Positions 40,846-54,745 of a stretch of 64,000 nt of DNA are shown here, in pieces. This DNA is from Lama glama. Taxonomy: Eukaryota. The translations under genes and the position numbers were made by a program. A model generated the notes under the pieces. The model ran no database searches and had not been told where the DNA came from. It saw nothing but the letters and a program-made list of their open reading frames with translations. The first letter of the stretch is position 1, and each line of letters starts with the position of its first letter. Location: contig CM052818.1 in assembly GCA_028534125.1 (NCBI GenBank), forward strand, positions 33,854,001 through 33,918,000, written 5' to 3'.

Positions 40846-43800
40846 ATGGATACCTGCGGGGTCGGCTGTGTTGCCCTGGGGGAGGCCGGCCCCGTGGGGA
40901 ACATGACTGTGGTAGACTCTCCCAGACAAGAGGTGCTAAACCAGCTTGATATCAAGGCCTCTTCAGAAACAACCAGTGTGGAGGCTTCCATAGAGATGTC
41001 ATTACCTACCCCTTTGCCTGGATTTGAAGATTCTCTTGATGAGAGGAGGCTCCCTCTGGAACAGGAAAGCCTCTCCAGACTGGAACAGCAAGGTATGTAC
41101 TTTGACCCTTCAACTTTTTATCTCCCCAAGCTCAACTTAAAATGAATGAGAGCAGGGTAAGCTCATAGGATCGTAAAAACCTGGTGTGGTGTAATCTGTT
41201 CCAAAGAGGTCTGTGCTCTGGTCGCATCTCACAGATCCATATTCTTCTCTACAGATCTTTCTTCAGAGATGTCAAAGGTCCCAAAGCCTAGGGCCTCAAA
41301 GCCTGGCCGGAAGAGAGGTGGTAGGACACGGAAAGGCCCCACAAGGCCCCAGCAGCCTAATCCTCCATCATCCCCTCTGGTTCCTGGTCTCTTAGACCAA
41401 TCCAACCCTCTATCCAACCCCATGACTAAGAAACGAGGTCGAAAGTCCAAGGCAGATGTGCTACTGCTGAAGTTGTCAAAAGACCTAGATCAGCCAGAGT
41501 CTCCACCTCCAAAGAGGCCCCCTGAGGACTTTGAGACTCCTCCTGGGGAACGACCCCGCCGAAGGGCTGCCCAAGTGTAAGGATTGTGGGGCACAGCTTG
41601 ATGGAGGGGGGCTGGGGTGAAGGGATCAGGGTGGGGCAGATGTTGAAGAGATGAGAGGACTATAATGAGGTCTCAGGTTAGCAGAGGTGGTGTCTGGGTT
41701 CTGGGGACTTGAGCAGTCCTCTAGCTCTTACTGTAGCAACTTTTTTATCTGTTTCTAAATTTGTCTACCTAGGAGGTTTCTTTCTGTACCTCGTATACTA
41801 TCACATTTTTCACAGTTTCCTCTGAGTCTTCATTGCAGTTTTACTGCCTAGTATATGTCAGCACGTATGTGCCTTTCCATTCTTTCCCTTTACTCTCAAT
41901 GATCTTTGACTGTAGTAGGGTGAAAGTGCTTTGGAGTTGAGTCAGAAGACCTGGGTTCATATTCCACAGATGTAATGTGAATCATCTTGGCCATGTCATG
42001 TAACTTTCCTGGGTTTCTGTTTCTTCATCTGTCAAAGGGGAAGGGGAAATTAATAGCTGCTTCACAGGGTTACTGGGAAGGTCCAGTGAGATAAGGATCG
42101 GCCAAATGTCTGGCAAAGTGGGCTCTCGGTTAAGTGTCTGTGAGTATGGCTGTAACTCTGCCCTGTCCCACAGGGCACTTCTGTATCTTCAGGAACTGGC
42201 TGAAGAGCTCTCAACAGCCCTGCCTGCTCCAGTGTCCTGTCCTGAGAGCCCCAAGGTGGGCAGCCCCACCAAACCGAAGAAAAGCCGGCAGCAGGCAGTC
42301 TGTCAAGGTAGGGAAGTAGAGGAGGACACCACTCGGGATGAAGACTTCGTTCTCCAGGTTGAGGCTGAAGATGGAGAAGAAAGTGAGGCCCCAAGTGAGA
42401 GCTCATCTGACCCTGAGCCTGCAGTTCCCCGAAGCACCGCACGAGGATCCACTTCAGGGGTAACCTGAACAGACATGAAAGTGAATGGGGAAGTAGTTAG
42501 TAGGATTATTAGGTGGTCAGCAAGGTGCCCAGAAGGAAAGCTTTGGCTTAGTACCTAGGATGGCCAAAATAGGTTAAAAAAGGAGCAACTTCAAACACAA
42601 TCGAGATTGCGGGGGCTGAGGGTGTAATTTAAGATTACTTGTTCAGATATTGAGCATCTACTCTGTGCTAGGAAACAGAAACATGAATAAGACAGAGTCC
42701 TGCATCACAAAGCTCCCAGTGTGATAAGTGCTATACCAGGAGCAAACAGAATGCTTTGGGCATATAGAGGAAGGATGATTAACTGCTTAGATTTCACCAA
42801 GAAACAATAGTTGAGCTAGGTCTTGAAAGGAATAGAAGTTTCCTGGAGAGGATGGTTTTCCCAGAAATCGGTTATGGCTGCGGCATAGGGCGGGGGGTAA
42901 AATGGTGAGGAAGATTAAATTAGAGAGGATGAAAGGACTGAAATTGGTGGGAGCCAACAAAGGGTGTATGTGTGTGTTTAGTTATGGTAAAATAGATGTA
43001 ACATAAAATGTACCATTTTAAAATATACAACTCAGTGGTATTCAGTGTGTTCACAATGTACTGAAACCATCACCACCAGTATCCATTTCCAAAACTTCTG
43101 TCATGCCAAGCAGAAACTCTATACAACAAAGGTTTTCAGGTAGAAAAGTAACATAATCAGTTAGGAAAATAGGTAAATTTGCAGCTGACGGTTGAAGATA
43201 GCTTCAGTTCTCCAAGTGAGAGGTAATGAGAGCCTAAATTAAGCAATGAAGGAAGAGAAGGTGGGTGGCAGAAGCGGGATGTATAAGAGAATTAACAGCA
43301 CTTGGGAGCTGAAGGAAAGGAAGGAGTAGGAATTTCTAGCTTAGATGGTACTCTCCAACACTGAACTTGGGAAAATGGGAAGAGTAGGGAACACAGGACG
43401 GGTGAAGGTGATGAGTTTACTTTCTGACATGTTGAGTTGGAGGTACTGGTGGGTCATGGGCTATCTTTCTGGAGATGTCTGGTTGCCAGTCGTATGTACG
43501 GGACCTGTGCCTTACTTCTCCCAAGTGTAACATTTCAGAGAACACCAAACCCCTTAGTAATCAAGGTAAATACCTCAATGCAGCATTTTAAAAACCAAAA
43601 ATACTGTAACAAATCTGTGATAAAGAAAATATCAAAATTTTAAATAAAGACAGGAATTGTATTACTGATACTTCCTTTTGCCTCAGGCTCTAGTGTGGCT
43701 CAGTACCCAGTGTATGGGTCTAGAATTTGTAGGAAAGTTGAAACTGAGTAAAGTTTTTATTTATTAAGATGTAAACTTGATAATCAGGCATAAAATTGGT

Positions 43801-46800
43801 GGTCAAAGCCATGAGACATAGGATAAGATTACCAGGAGTACATGTATTGAGGGTTGAGAAGAAGACAGAAGAACTCTGGGAAATACCATCACCTACCAAA
43901 CCAATTAGGAGGGAGAGCCCGTGAAGGAATATTAGTGAGGAATAATATTATATTATAATGTAATAATATTAGGAATAAGGAGAGACTATCCCATGGGGCA
44001 GGAGTTTCAAGAAGAAAATGGGAGCCCTCTGAATCAAGTGCCATGGAGACATACCAAGGAAGAAGAACAGAAAACAGGTTAACAGGTTTTTGTAGTTGGG
44101 ATAGAGGAGTATGAGCATAAGGTGGAGAAGTCATTGTAATAGTTGAGATATAAATCTTTTAAGGGAAATAGGGAAAAAGTTAGAGAGGAAGTAGTGCGCA
44201 GAGAAGTAAAAGCTGGGAAAGCTGGCTCCTGGGGACTTTCTCCAGCCTTTGAAATTCTCTCTCCTTAACATTTTCTTCAATTTGATCCTCAGAAGCAGAA
44301 GCCACACTGCCGGGGAGTGGCTCCCAATGGCTTACCAAATCACATCATGGCTCCTGTTTGGAAGTGCCTCCATCTCACCAAGAACCTGTGAGACTTGGGG
44401 GGTGGGGGCTGGGGATGAAAGGGTGGTGGTGGAGTGCAAATGATGATCTAGGAGTGGTGCTGCAGAAAGGCGGAAAGGCACAGGGTAGAACACTGTAAAG
44501 ACATTCATAACTAAACACACTGCTCTAAAGGCAAGAGCTCTAGAGCTGTGCTGTCCAATATGGTAGCCACTAGCTGCATGAGGCCATTTAAATTTAATTT
44601 TCAATTAATTAAATACAATTGAAAGTTTAGTTTCTCAGTTGCATTAGCCACATTTCAAGTGTCCACTTGCGGCTGGTGGCTAGTGTCTTGGCACAGATAG
44701 TAGATCGCCTCTGTCATCACAGAAAGTTTTACTGGGCAGCACTGCTCTAGAATTTCACTCCTCCTTCATTAATGCTTCTTCTGTTCCTCCAGCCGAGACC
44801 AGAAGTATTCATACTGGGAGTTTGCAGAATGGATTCCTTTAGCCTGGAAGTGGCACTTGTTATCTGAACTGTAAGTTGAAGAGACATCTCTGAAGTCTAG
44901 GAGTGGGTGACATCACTGGAGATGGAATGGTGACAGAGGACTCTAGATTTATAATGGGAATCTTGGGATGGGTGAAACTCTTCCAGATTCAGGCTGTTCC
45001 TTTTGCCTACCCCCAGTGAGGCAGCTCCCTACCTGCCCCAGGAAGAGAAGTCTCCACTGTTTTCTGTACAACGTGAAGGACTTCCTGAAGATGGGACACT
45101 CTACCGAATAAACAGGTGAGGATTGCATCTCTTTTTCTCACTCTGGGAGACGGAAATAGGAAAAATGAATGTTGAAGGGGATGATAGTTTGGCCCTTTTC
45201 TTGCCTTAATGCTGGCCCAGTTGGTCCGAAGGGTAGGAGTGCTGGCTAAATCTGGTCAACCCCCTCTAACTTGCAGCACTCATCACTGCTGGCCAGACTG
45301 AGGGAGCCTAGGAAGACTGAAGGTTAAACTAGTGTTCAAGGTCACATCTACTCAGATAGACCTGGACAGACTGGCCCTAGAGAGAACACTGTAGTAAACC
45401 AGAATGTACAGCCTATCATCTTTGAAGATGAGCTTAGAGCTAGACAGACTTTGGGAAGGGAAGGAGGAAGATACAGACGGTGGCTAGGACTGCTCTCACT
45501 TGTGGACTGTGGTATCCTGGCTCTTGCTTAAGTTAGTTTACACTAGCTCCCTTTCTGTCCGCATTACCTTTTTTTTCCTTCAAAATTTTAAAGACAGGTT
45601 TTTTTTTGTTTTTTTTTTTAAAGAGCAATTTTAGGTTCACAACAAGCTTGAGAGGAGGTACAGAGATTTCCTATATACTCCCTGCCCCGTACCTGCACAG
45701 CCTCCCCCATTATCAACATCCCCCACCAGAGTGGTACCTTTGTTACAGTTGATGAACCTATATTGACATATCATAATCAAAGTCCACAGCTTACCTTTGG
45801 GTTCATTCTTGTACATTCTGTGGGTTTGGGCAAACGCATAATGACATGTATCTATCATTATGGTATCATTCAGAGTATTTTCAGGGCAGTGAAAATACTG
45901 TGTTCCACCTATTCACCCCCCACCTTCCCCAGCCCTAACTCTGTCACTGATCTTTTTACTGTCTCCATAGTTTTGCCTTTTTCAGAATGCCTTATAGTTG
46001 GAATCATACAGTATGTAACCATTTCAGGTGGGCTTCTTCCACTTAGTAATATGCATTTAAGCTTCCTCTGTGCCTTTTAATGGCTTGATAACTCATTTCT
46101 TTTTAGTGCCAAATAATATTCCATTGTCTGGATGTATCACAGTTTATTGATCCAGTCATCTGCTGATCCTTAGTACCTTTTATTAACTCCTTTATTCATC
46201 CCATCTTTGACTTTTCTCTAGATTTAGCTCTATCACAGCACACCCAGAGCGCTGGGATGTGTCCTTCTTCACGGGGGGACCGCTCTGGGCTCTGGACTGG
46301 TGCCCAGTGCCAGAAGGGGCAGCAGCCTCGCAGTATGTGGCCCTTTTCTCCAGCCCTGACATGAATGAGACACACCCACTGAGCCAGCTTCATTCGGGCC
46401 CTGGGCTTCTCCAGCTCTGGGGCCTTGGGACCTTGCAGCAAGAAAGCTGGTGAGGTGGGGCTGGGACACTGCCATGGGAGGGTGGTTGAGGGGGAGAGAA
46501 GGATGGGGCTGGGCAGGGAACAGGGGAAAGACTCAGATTGGGTTGAGGCAAGGGGAGCACAGGCTTTGGCAGCTCCAGGCCCCTCCTTCCTACCCATTCT
46601 CCCCACATGCTTTCTCTTCTCAGTCCTGGCAACAGAGCCCACTTTGTCTATGGGATTGCTTGTGACCATGGCTGCATCTGGGACCTCAAGTTCTGCCCCA
46701 GTGGAGCATGGGAGCTTCCAGGCACCCCTCGGAAGGTACCTCCCAGTTGATTGTGAGACGGCCCTAGGACTCAGAGCCAGGACAAAGAGGCCCTGGGTAT

Positions 46801-49800
46801 TCCCAGAGCTGGAGAAGGGAGGTTGGAGAGTGGTGGGTGGAGTTTTCCCAGCAACTCCATATTTTCAGAGACCAGAACTTCAGAGTGTTCTGAGAGATGC
46901 CTAAAGGCAGCAAGCCTCAGCACAGACCTGGTTTCTCTTTCTAGGCCCCTCTCCTGCCCCGCTTGGGTCTCTTGGCTCTTGCCTGCTCAGATGGGAAGGT
47001 GCTGTTGTTCAGTCTGCCCCATCCTGAGGCCTTGCTGGCTCAGCAGCCCCCAGGTGAGTAGCACAGCAGGGAGAATGGGGCTGCTCTAGCTGTGGCCAGT
47101 GCTGAGTGGGGTCTGTCTGTCTCCCCTGGAACTCCTCTGGGCCCAGTCTCTCAGGTACAAGGCCTTAGCCAGTCACTTCTCCCACTCTGACTTCACACAC
47201 GTTGTTCTTGACCTCTCTTGGGAAGCCCTCTTGTGCTCCTCTCTTTTACAGCCTTCTAACTGCCCCCTTTCAGCACACTACCTTTTATCTCCCCTTCTTC
47301 CCTGCTCTCCTGTGCTCTCAGGTCTTTCTCCTCTTGCCACCACAGTTGACTGGCTGTGTAAAGAGCTGCTGAAGGCTGAGGCTGGAGCCTGGGCCTCGAC
47401 TCCCCTGCCATACCCTTCTTCCCCCTAATTCTGTCCTCAGCCTCTTCTGCCCGCCCATCACACATAAACACTCTTTGTTGTGAAGAGAAGGAGAGAGTAT
47501 AGAGCTGAAGATGAGCAAGAATAGGCAGGGGTCAGGGAAAGGCAGCCCTTACTTGTTGAATTTATTTTTCAACAGTACTGAGGATTTAAAGAAGAGGGCA
47601 CCCAGATTTGAACCCTGAGAAATCCCGTGTTTGGTGGTCAGGTGGAAGAGTGGGCTGAGGAAGGAGTGGGAGGTTGAGGAAGTGAAGACAATTCTTTCAG
47701 GAAGTTTGGCTGTGAAGCGGGTCATATAAATGAGGGTGGAGGATGGAGGTGAATAAGGGTTAAAGAAGGCTTTGATTTGTTCATTTGATTTAAATGGAAG
47801 ACAAGAATGCATGTTTACATGAACATATGAGAGTGATCCAGTAGGCAGAGAGAAAGTGGACAGTGCAGGAGAAGGGGAGGATAACCCTATGAACCACACT
47901 CTGGAAGAGGGGAGGATGAGAAGAAAGCAGAGTGACAGGATTAGCCATTCTGATGGGAGGAAGGGTAGAACAGGAAGAAAGAAGATTTTGGGGGCAGATA
48001 GAGGCAGGTTCATACATTTGGTGGTGGCAAGATAAGAGTGTAAGGGAAAGGCATTATTGAAAGGGCGGGGGCTGATCTAAGAGCAAGGCTTGATTAATTA
48101 GGACCTCAGTCTTCTGGACCCAGAGCTCTTCTTCAGTTACTGCTCTTCTTCCCTCACAGATGCAATGAAGCCTGCCATTTATAAGGTGAGTGAGGAACCT
48201 GCTACCTTAGCTGAGGCTCCATCTTCTAGAGCCTCCCTTACTGATTCCACAGTAAGTCTTCTTCTACCCCTGAAAAATCTCCCCATCCTGCTGGATTAGT
48301 CACTGATTTGAGCCTTCATTCCAAACAATAGTTATCCCTGACCCTAGTCCTGTCTCTTCTGTCCCTGCAGGTCCAATGTGTGGCAACCCTGCAGGTGGGG
48401 TCTATGCAAGCTTCGGACCCCTCTGAGTGTGGCCAGTGCCTTAGCCTGGCCTGGATGCCTACCCGGCCCCACCACCACCTGGCTGCTGGATACTATAATG
48501 GTAAACAAAACAAAACAAAACGTAAGGAGCAATTGCTCTTTGAACTTTTATATATGCTTGTTTTTTGGTTGTTGTTTCCGTTTTGGTTTAGTGTTAGACA
48601 TTATATAGTTATATGATTATTATGGTCATATATTCATGCAATGTGAAAAAACACAAAGAAGAAAGAAAAGAAGTCCCTAGAATTTTTCTGCTCAAAAAAT
48701 AATTATGAGTTGATTTCATGTGATTCTCTATGCATGTATAAAGATAAAAAAATTAGATGGAGAGAGAACAAATTCTATAAAAATGGGATCATACTCTAGA
48801 AACTGTTTTAGATTAACAAGTATTAAATTTAGAGGGAAGGGTATAGCTCAGAGGTAGAGTGCGTGCCTAGCCTGCACAAGGTCCTGGGTTCAACCCCTAG
48901 TACTGCCACTAAGGATAAATAAATAAATAAATAAAAACCTAACTACTACTCCCCCTAAAAAAATTTTTTTTTAAAAAAGGATTAAATTTAATTATACTTC
49001 AATTTTATAGAAGAAAAAGGCAAGTGAAACTGAAAGGTTAGCTAAGCTCTCCATGAATGTTCCTTACCATAGAGACGTTAGTTGTATAAAGATACTTTTA
49101 AGATTAAAAAGGAAAAAATAGAAGGTTATAAATAACATAAGCAATTGGCTTTATTAGGTTGTAGTTGTTTCTAAATGACAATTTCACTTCTAGGCACATC
49201 AGCAGACTTTCTGCTTGGGAGGTAGGGAAATTAGCACTGCTTCCTGTCACCTGCCTCTCCATCTTCTAATTGTGTTTCTTTTGGTGGTATTCTTACATTG
49301 TCAAGGGATGTGATTCTCGATGTTGTTTTCCTTCTTAATTCCCAAAGTTACTTATCTTAACTCTGTATTGAAGTGATTGCACGTCTCTAGCAGTCCTTTC
49401 ATCTCAGTCTCCCCCTCCATTGCTGAATTACCTACATTGCTTAGCTGTAATTTACTGTCAAGTTTTTTCAAGAAAGGCTCTTAGGTTCTACATTTCCTGA
49501 GTTTATGTATGAAGGGAGTTTTAGCTTCACATGTTTTCTCCAACTTTTGTTTATTAAATTCTTACTGTTCTGTAATTTGTCTTTTATTTTTATCAAAGTT
49601 ATACTTTTGATTACCTCATCCTCTGCCAGTCTGGTCAGGGGTCAACTTGTTTTAGGTCAACTGAGTTAGTTTCTATTTGTCCATTTGTTTTCCTTTCCAT
49701 TCCACTCCTTTTGGCTTACTTTTGGCTCCTTGCCTGTTCTCTTTGCCTTGGAGTGAAATTGGCAAACATTTCTGTAAAAGTTCAGATGGTGAATATTTTA

Positions 49801-52576
49801 TGCTTTGCGGGCTGTCTGGCCATTGTTGCAACTATCCAACTCTGCCATTGTAAAATGAAAGCGGCCACAGACATTAGGTGAACAAATGGGCGTGGTTGTG
49901 TTCTAAACTTTGTTTGCCAAAACAGGCAGCATGCTGTATTTGGCCCATGGGCTGTAGTTTGCCAACCCTGTCCTAGAGGGTTTATGCTTTAAAAAAAAAT
50001 CCCTTTACTTATATTTAGTAGAGAGTAGAGGCTACTGGGTGTATTCAACCTATCTTTCAACTGCAGATCCCAGACTGAGCTATTACTTTTTTGTTGATGA
50101 GAATTGGAACTGAAAATACCAGGTTGAGTCTTTAAACCGTGGAGGGAATGTTGGCTAGCTAATCATGGTCTCTATATCCTTTCCTAAGGGATCAGATCTA
50201 AGGGACCCAGAGGGCAGAAGACATAGATCCTAGAAGCCAGAGAAAGAAATTAGAGCAAGGAAGAGAGAACCTGACATTAATACCTACACATTCTGTCCCT
50301 ATCTCAGGCATGGTAGTTTTCTGGAACCTTCCCACAAACTCGCCCCTGCAGCGGATACGGCTCTCTGACGGCTCCTTGAAGCTCTACCCCTTCCAGTGTT
50401 TCCTAGCCCATGACCAGGCTGTGCGCACCCTTCAGTGGTGCAAAGCTAACAGGTATCAGAGAATTGTGGAGGTGGGAGGTAAAGACTGGGACAGGCTGAC
50501 TCTTCCAGACTTGTTCAGATTTGATCTTCTCCCATCTTCCCACAGTCATTTCCTGGTCTCTGCAGGAAGCGACCGGAAAATCAAATTCTGGGACCTTCGA
50601 CGACCTTATGAACCAATAAACTCTATCAAGCGCTTCTTGAGTACAGAGCTGGCCTGGCTGCTCCCCTACAATGGTGTCACTGTGGCTCAGGACAACTGCT
50701 ATGCCTCGTACGGCAGGGTGGAGAGAGGAGGGGCTCTGGGGACAGGCCCTGCAGGCTGGGGTGCAGTGCAGATTATTTTGGGGAGAGACGGGTTGAGGGT
50801 TGTCTCACTGAGGGAGTTTGAATTCTGGGAAAAGAAATGAATCTTAGGAAAAGGAAGTTTTTTTTTTTTTTCTTTTACAGTTATGGACTCTGTGGAATTC
50901 ATTATATTGATGCTGGTTACCTTGGTTTCAAGGCCTACTTCACTGCTCCTCGAAAAGGAACTGTCTGGGTGAGCCCCTCTCTTCGAGACCTTCATTACAC
51001 AGGAAAACAGTTCCTTTACTCACCTAGTGGTGGTCATAAAGAGGCAGTAGTTTTGGATAGAAAGAGAAGATAAGTGTGTGGTAACTGTATCATGGATATG
51101 GGTTATGATAAACTCATTTTTGTTTGTGTGAATGTCTCCCTCCCCAGAACTGAATGTATATGAATGAACGACTGAATGAATGAATGAATGGAAAAAAAAA
51201 TCTGTCTCTTCTTATTAGAGTCTTTCAGGATCCGACTGGCTTGGGACAATAGCCGCAGGAGATATATCTGGGGAGCTCATTGCAGCTATATTGCCTGATA
51301 TGGCACTGAACCCAATAAACGTCAAGCGACCGATAGAGCGGAGATTTGTATGTATATGAATACTTAATAGCAGCACCGTCTGTTGGGTCCTAATCCACAT
51401 GACCTCCCAAATTAGTGCTACCAATTAGCAGGAGAGTACAAATTAGTACTAGGGCTCCCAGCCCTTATAGTCTTTCTGAGGTCATAACACAGGGTTATGT
51501 ATAATTTTTCCTACCCTCGTGCATCTGAACATATGTTTAAACATACTACTTTCTTCCACCTTTGAGTCTCTCCTGCTCCAAACCAATTTTCTCTCTTTAA
51601 CTTGTATTCAGTTTTCAGTATTATATAACCTAATCTCACGGTTTCCTTTCTAGCCTATATATAAAGCAGATCTGATGCCATATCAGGACAGTCCTGAAGG
51701 TCAAGACCACTCTTCTGCATCATCTGGGGCCCCCAACCCTCCCAAGGCTCGAACTTATGCTGAAACTGTCAACCATCACTACTTGCTCTTTCAAGATACA
51801 GATTTGGTAAGTTGAGGCCAGGAGAATGGGTGTGGCATTAGAAAAAGTAGAAAATTTGAGTCCTTGTATAGTAGGAGTTCCAGCTCAAAGATGCAAAACT
51901 AAGAAGCTGCTTGCTTTCTCTCTCCTATCACACCCCTCCTTCCCAGGGTTCATTCCATGATCTGCTCCACAGAGAACCGATGCTGCGCATGCAGGAGGGA
52001 GAGGGGCACTCGCAGCTCTGCCTGGACAGGCTGCAGCTGGAAGCTATTCATAAGGTGAGGACCTTGTCTCATCTTCGCCATCCTTCGTCTCATTTTCTCC
52101 CAACTCTGGGCCTGTGATCAATGAAATGGGAGATGAAAAGGTAACCGAGATGGCAAAGGAGGGAAAACAGCTCCAGCAGCCTCATCCTCCAGAGCATGAT
52201 AGACATACCTCATTCATGGTCTTCTCATTCCTACCTCTTACCCCATCGTGGTCCTGTCCTTTCAGATTGTGGCCCATTTTTTTTTGCTCTTACAGCTAGG
52301 ACTCACCCTAAAGCAACAACTGTGAGCATCTCTCCTGTTTTTCTATTCTTTTCCCAGGTACGTTTCAGCCCAAACCTGGATTCCTATGGATGGCTGGTCT
52401 CTGGGGGGCAGTCAGGGCTGGTTCGGATTCATTTTGTCCGTGGACTCACTTCTCCACTGGGCCACCGTATGCAGCTTGAAAGCCGTGCCCACTTCAATGC
52501 TATGTTTCAGCCAGCCTCCCCTACTAGAGGGCCTGGCTTTTCTCCAACCAGCCATCGCCTTCTGCCCAGTCCCTAG
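40846..52576 (+). CDS. GTF3C2: General transcription factor IIIC subunit 2 (TFIIIC110, WD40), 911 aa, 18 coding exons
   Basis: Exons: 40846-41092, 41255-41576, 42174-42459, 44293-44387, 44793-44870, 45017-45115, 46222-46449, 46624-46735, 46945-47053, 48160-48185, 48371-48500, 50308-50452, 50546-50707, 50881-50968, 51219-51347, 51654-51806, 51947-52054, 52358-52576 (TAG). Total 2736 nt. Starts MDTCGVG; WD repeats include WALDWCP and SDRKIKFWD. Confidence 0.96.
41920..42135 (+). mobile_element. MIR
   Basis: gagtcagaagacctgggttc...tctgtttcttcatctgtcaaa...cttcacagggtt. Confidence 0.7.
44546..44744. mobile_element. MER3 (hAT-Charlie) with an 8-bp TSD
   Basis: Termini ctgtgctgtccaata / tactgggcagcactg. 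TSD CTCTAGAG (44538-44545) and CTCTAGAA (44745-44752) fit the Charlie NTCTAGAN preference. Confidence 0.85.
45600..46165 (-). mobile_element. L1 3' end (L1MB/L1MC-like)
   Basis: agagcaattttaggttcaca...ccccaccagagtggtac...ttggaatcatacagtatgta. Confidence 0.8.
48832..48980 (+). mobile_element. tRNA-derived SINE, Vic-1-like, full length with TSD
   Basis: A box TAGCTCAGAGG, B box GGTTCAACCCC, (TAAA)n tail. TSD ATTAAATTTA at 48822-48831 and 48981-48990. Confidence 0.85.
49752..49970. mobile_element. MER58A (hAT-Charlie)
   Basis: ttggcaaacatttctgtaaa...aactctgccattgt...ggctgtagtttgccaaccctg. Confidence 0.85.
51161..51190. repeat. (GAAT)n microsatellite, probably an L2 tail
   Basis: tgaatgaacgactgaatgaatgaatgaatg. 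Confidence 0.7.
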
Positions 52577-53375
52577 TCGTGGTCCCCATAGGACCCTTGG
52601 AATGAAGTCTGCCAAGAACAGTTGGCCCCAAGCACACAGCCATAGGAACTGGGGCCTTCCTGGACAGTGATGCTGCCAGGCCTGGACCTTTAGACCTGCC
52701 TCCCCAGGACTCCTTAGATCCCTCTCCTTCCACAGACTTCTCCTGTCATCACAGCTCCCCGCAGGCAGGGGGGCTCTCCCTCTGCTAACTCTCAAGGCTC
52801 CTCAGCCTAGAACTATGACTCACAAGAAACACTCAGGCCTGACCTAGGCTTGGGAGTCAGATTGCTCATATTGAGCATATTGTGAAGTGGGTAAAGCTAA
52901 GTAAAGGTACTGGGTGTTTTTGAGACCACATGTGAGTGGGTGTTTGGAGAACTGGAAAAGATATCTGCATGAAGGCTCCTGTCTGACTGTATTCCAGGAT
53001 CCAATATTACTGCCTTCCCAACTCTTTTGAGTACCCAACACACAGGCCCACAAGGGGGTGATAGTAATTTATTGGACTGAAGCTGCTCATAGTGCTTCCT
53101 TAACTAAGGAACACCACAAACACCCTGCCAACAGAACAGTGGTTCAGATCTTAACTTGCTCCTGTTTATGAAATATTCCCAATCACTGGTCATCTGACCC
53201 TTCTTGAACACCCCCAGTCATGTTTTAAAAAAATCTTCCTTTATATCAAGTCAAAGAGCTTACCTCTATAAATTTTACCGTGGGTGTTAGGAAATATAGT
53301 CATTCTTCTCTGTGATTGCCCTTTTAAGTATTTAAAAATAGCTATCATGTGTTTCCCAAGTCTTTTCTTCTGTAG

Positions 53376-53381
53376 ATTAAA
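53376..53381 (+). terminator. Candidate poly(A) signal ATTAAA of GTF3C2
   Basis: ATTAAA about 800 nt after the stop, with TGTA just upstream; a second ATTAAA near 53457. Confidence 0.5.
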
Positions 53382-54544
53382 TATCTTCAGTTACTTTAAC
53401 CATTCTTTACACGTCATGATTTTTGATCCTTCATGATACTATGGCATTGTTGACTTATTAAACATGGTTAGCTACTTTATTTCAACTATATAGGAGATGT
53501 TGAGAGCCCAAGTAAAGTAGTGTATTATATCTCATCTTGTTAGAGTCCTCTTGTGAGATGTTGCAGATTCACAGTGACTGTAATATTACCTCCTAAGCAA
53601 GGATAGACACCAGCAAGGAGTAGGCAAACCATAGTCTTAGAATGTATGAGTACAATCTGAGGTTTTGGGGGGAAGTAGTCAGATGACTTCAGGAAATAGA
53701 GAAAAACATGCAGCCTGTTCCTATTGAAGAGAATGGAGATTAGTTCAGTGCCTACCGGGAACAAAACTGGCACTCTAGACTGATTGGCCAAGTATCTGGG
53801 AACAGCTTTCTGCCTCTCCAGTGTAGGGAACTTATATGTTAAAATATCCCCTTTAAGAGGAAAAGAATCAAGTAGTTAAATTTCTTCCCTGTATGGAAGA
53901 GGAAACAGACCTGGAGGCAACCCAGTCTATTAGCAGCAGAGTGACTGCAACCCACATCAGTGCAAAGGAGCCAAGTATTGCACCATCCTATTGTGATCCA
54001 GCTCAGGTTATGCCAGTTTTGTTTTTGAGAGGACTAGTGGGAAGTGCTTCCCATTGCAGAGAAGCTTTGCTCATTCTACGTAGAGGCCCCTTGACACTGC
54101 ATCATAAAATCCCACTCTCAGAGCTAGAAAAGATGGGACCTCAACATTTCACACTGTTGAGGTGGAAGGTTGGTGTAGGCAGCCCTACTCCTGCTGCCGA
54201 GTCTCTGCCCTAATCTCAACCTCCAAAGGAAAATCAGGAAGATGCTTTCAGCCCTTGTGCTTTTTCTCTCCCATAAACCCTTTTCTCCCCAGGCCACTCC
54301 CCATCCAATCTTCCCTCCCAGTATATCCACTTCATATTATCCAAGGGTTCTTGTACTTCTTTGTTCCTTTGCTCACAATGGTCTCTCTTGGAGTGTACTT
54401 TTCTGCCATCTCCACCTAAATCCTATTCATCCTTTAAGGTCACAGCTCAAATACCACCTTCATCAAGGAGCTTCCCAGATATCTCTGGTAAAATTAGTCT
54501 CCCTCCCATGTGTTCCCAAGAGGAAAGGAAGGAAAAGAGGATAA

Positions 54545-54745
54545 ACAAGTGTTTATTAAGCACTTGATCTACTTCAGATACTTTAGCATGTTATTTAATC
54601 CTATGAAGTTGGTATTGCTCCATTTTACATTGTAAAGATAAGATTCTGAGAGGTTAAGCACTTTGAATGAGGTCATATAACTACTGATTGGTGGTGTTGG
54701 GGTTTGAACCTAGACAGTCTGACTTCAGAATACAACTTTCCAACT
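54545..54745 (-). mobile_element. MIR
   Basis: ccattttaca...gagaggttaagcacttt...ggtttgaacctagacagtctgacttcaga. Confidence 0.7.

Noticed and set aside
48832..48905. Possible tRNA gene (A and B boxes)
   Set aside because: Followed by a (TAAA)n tail and flanked by a TSD, so it is a SINE.
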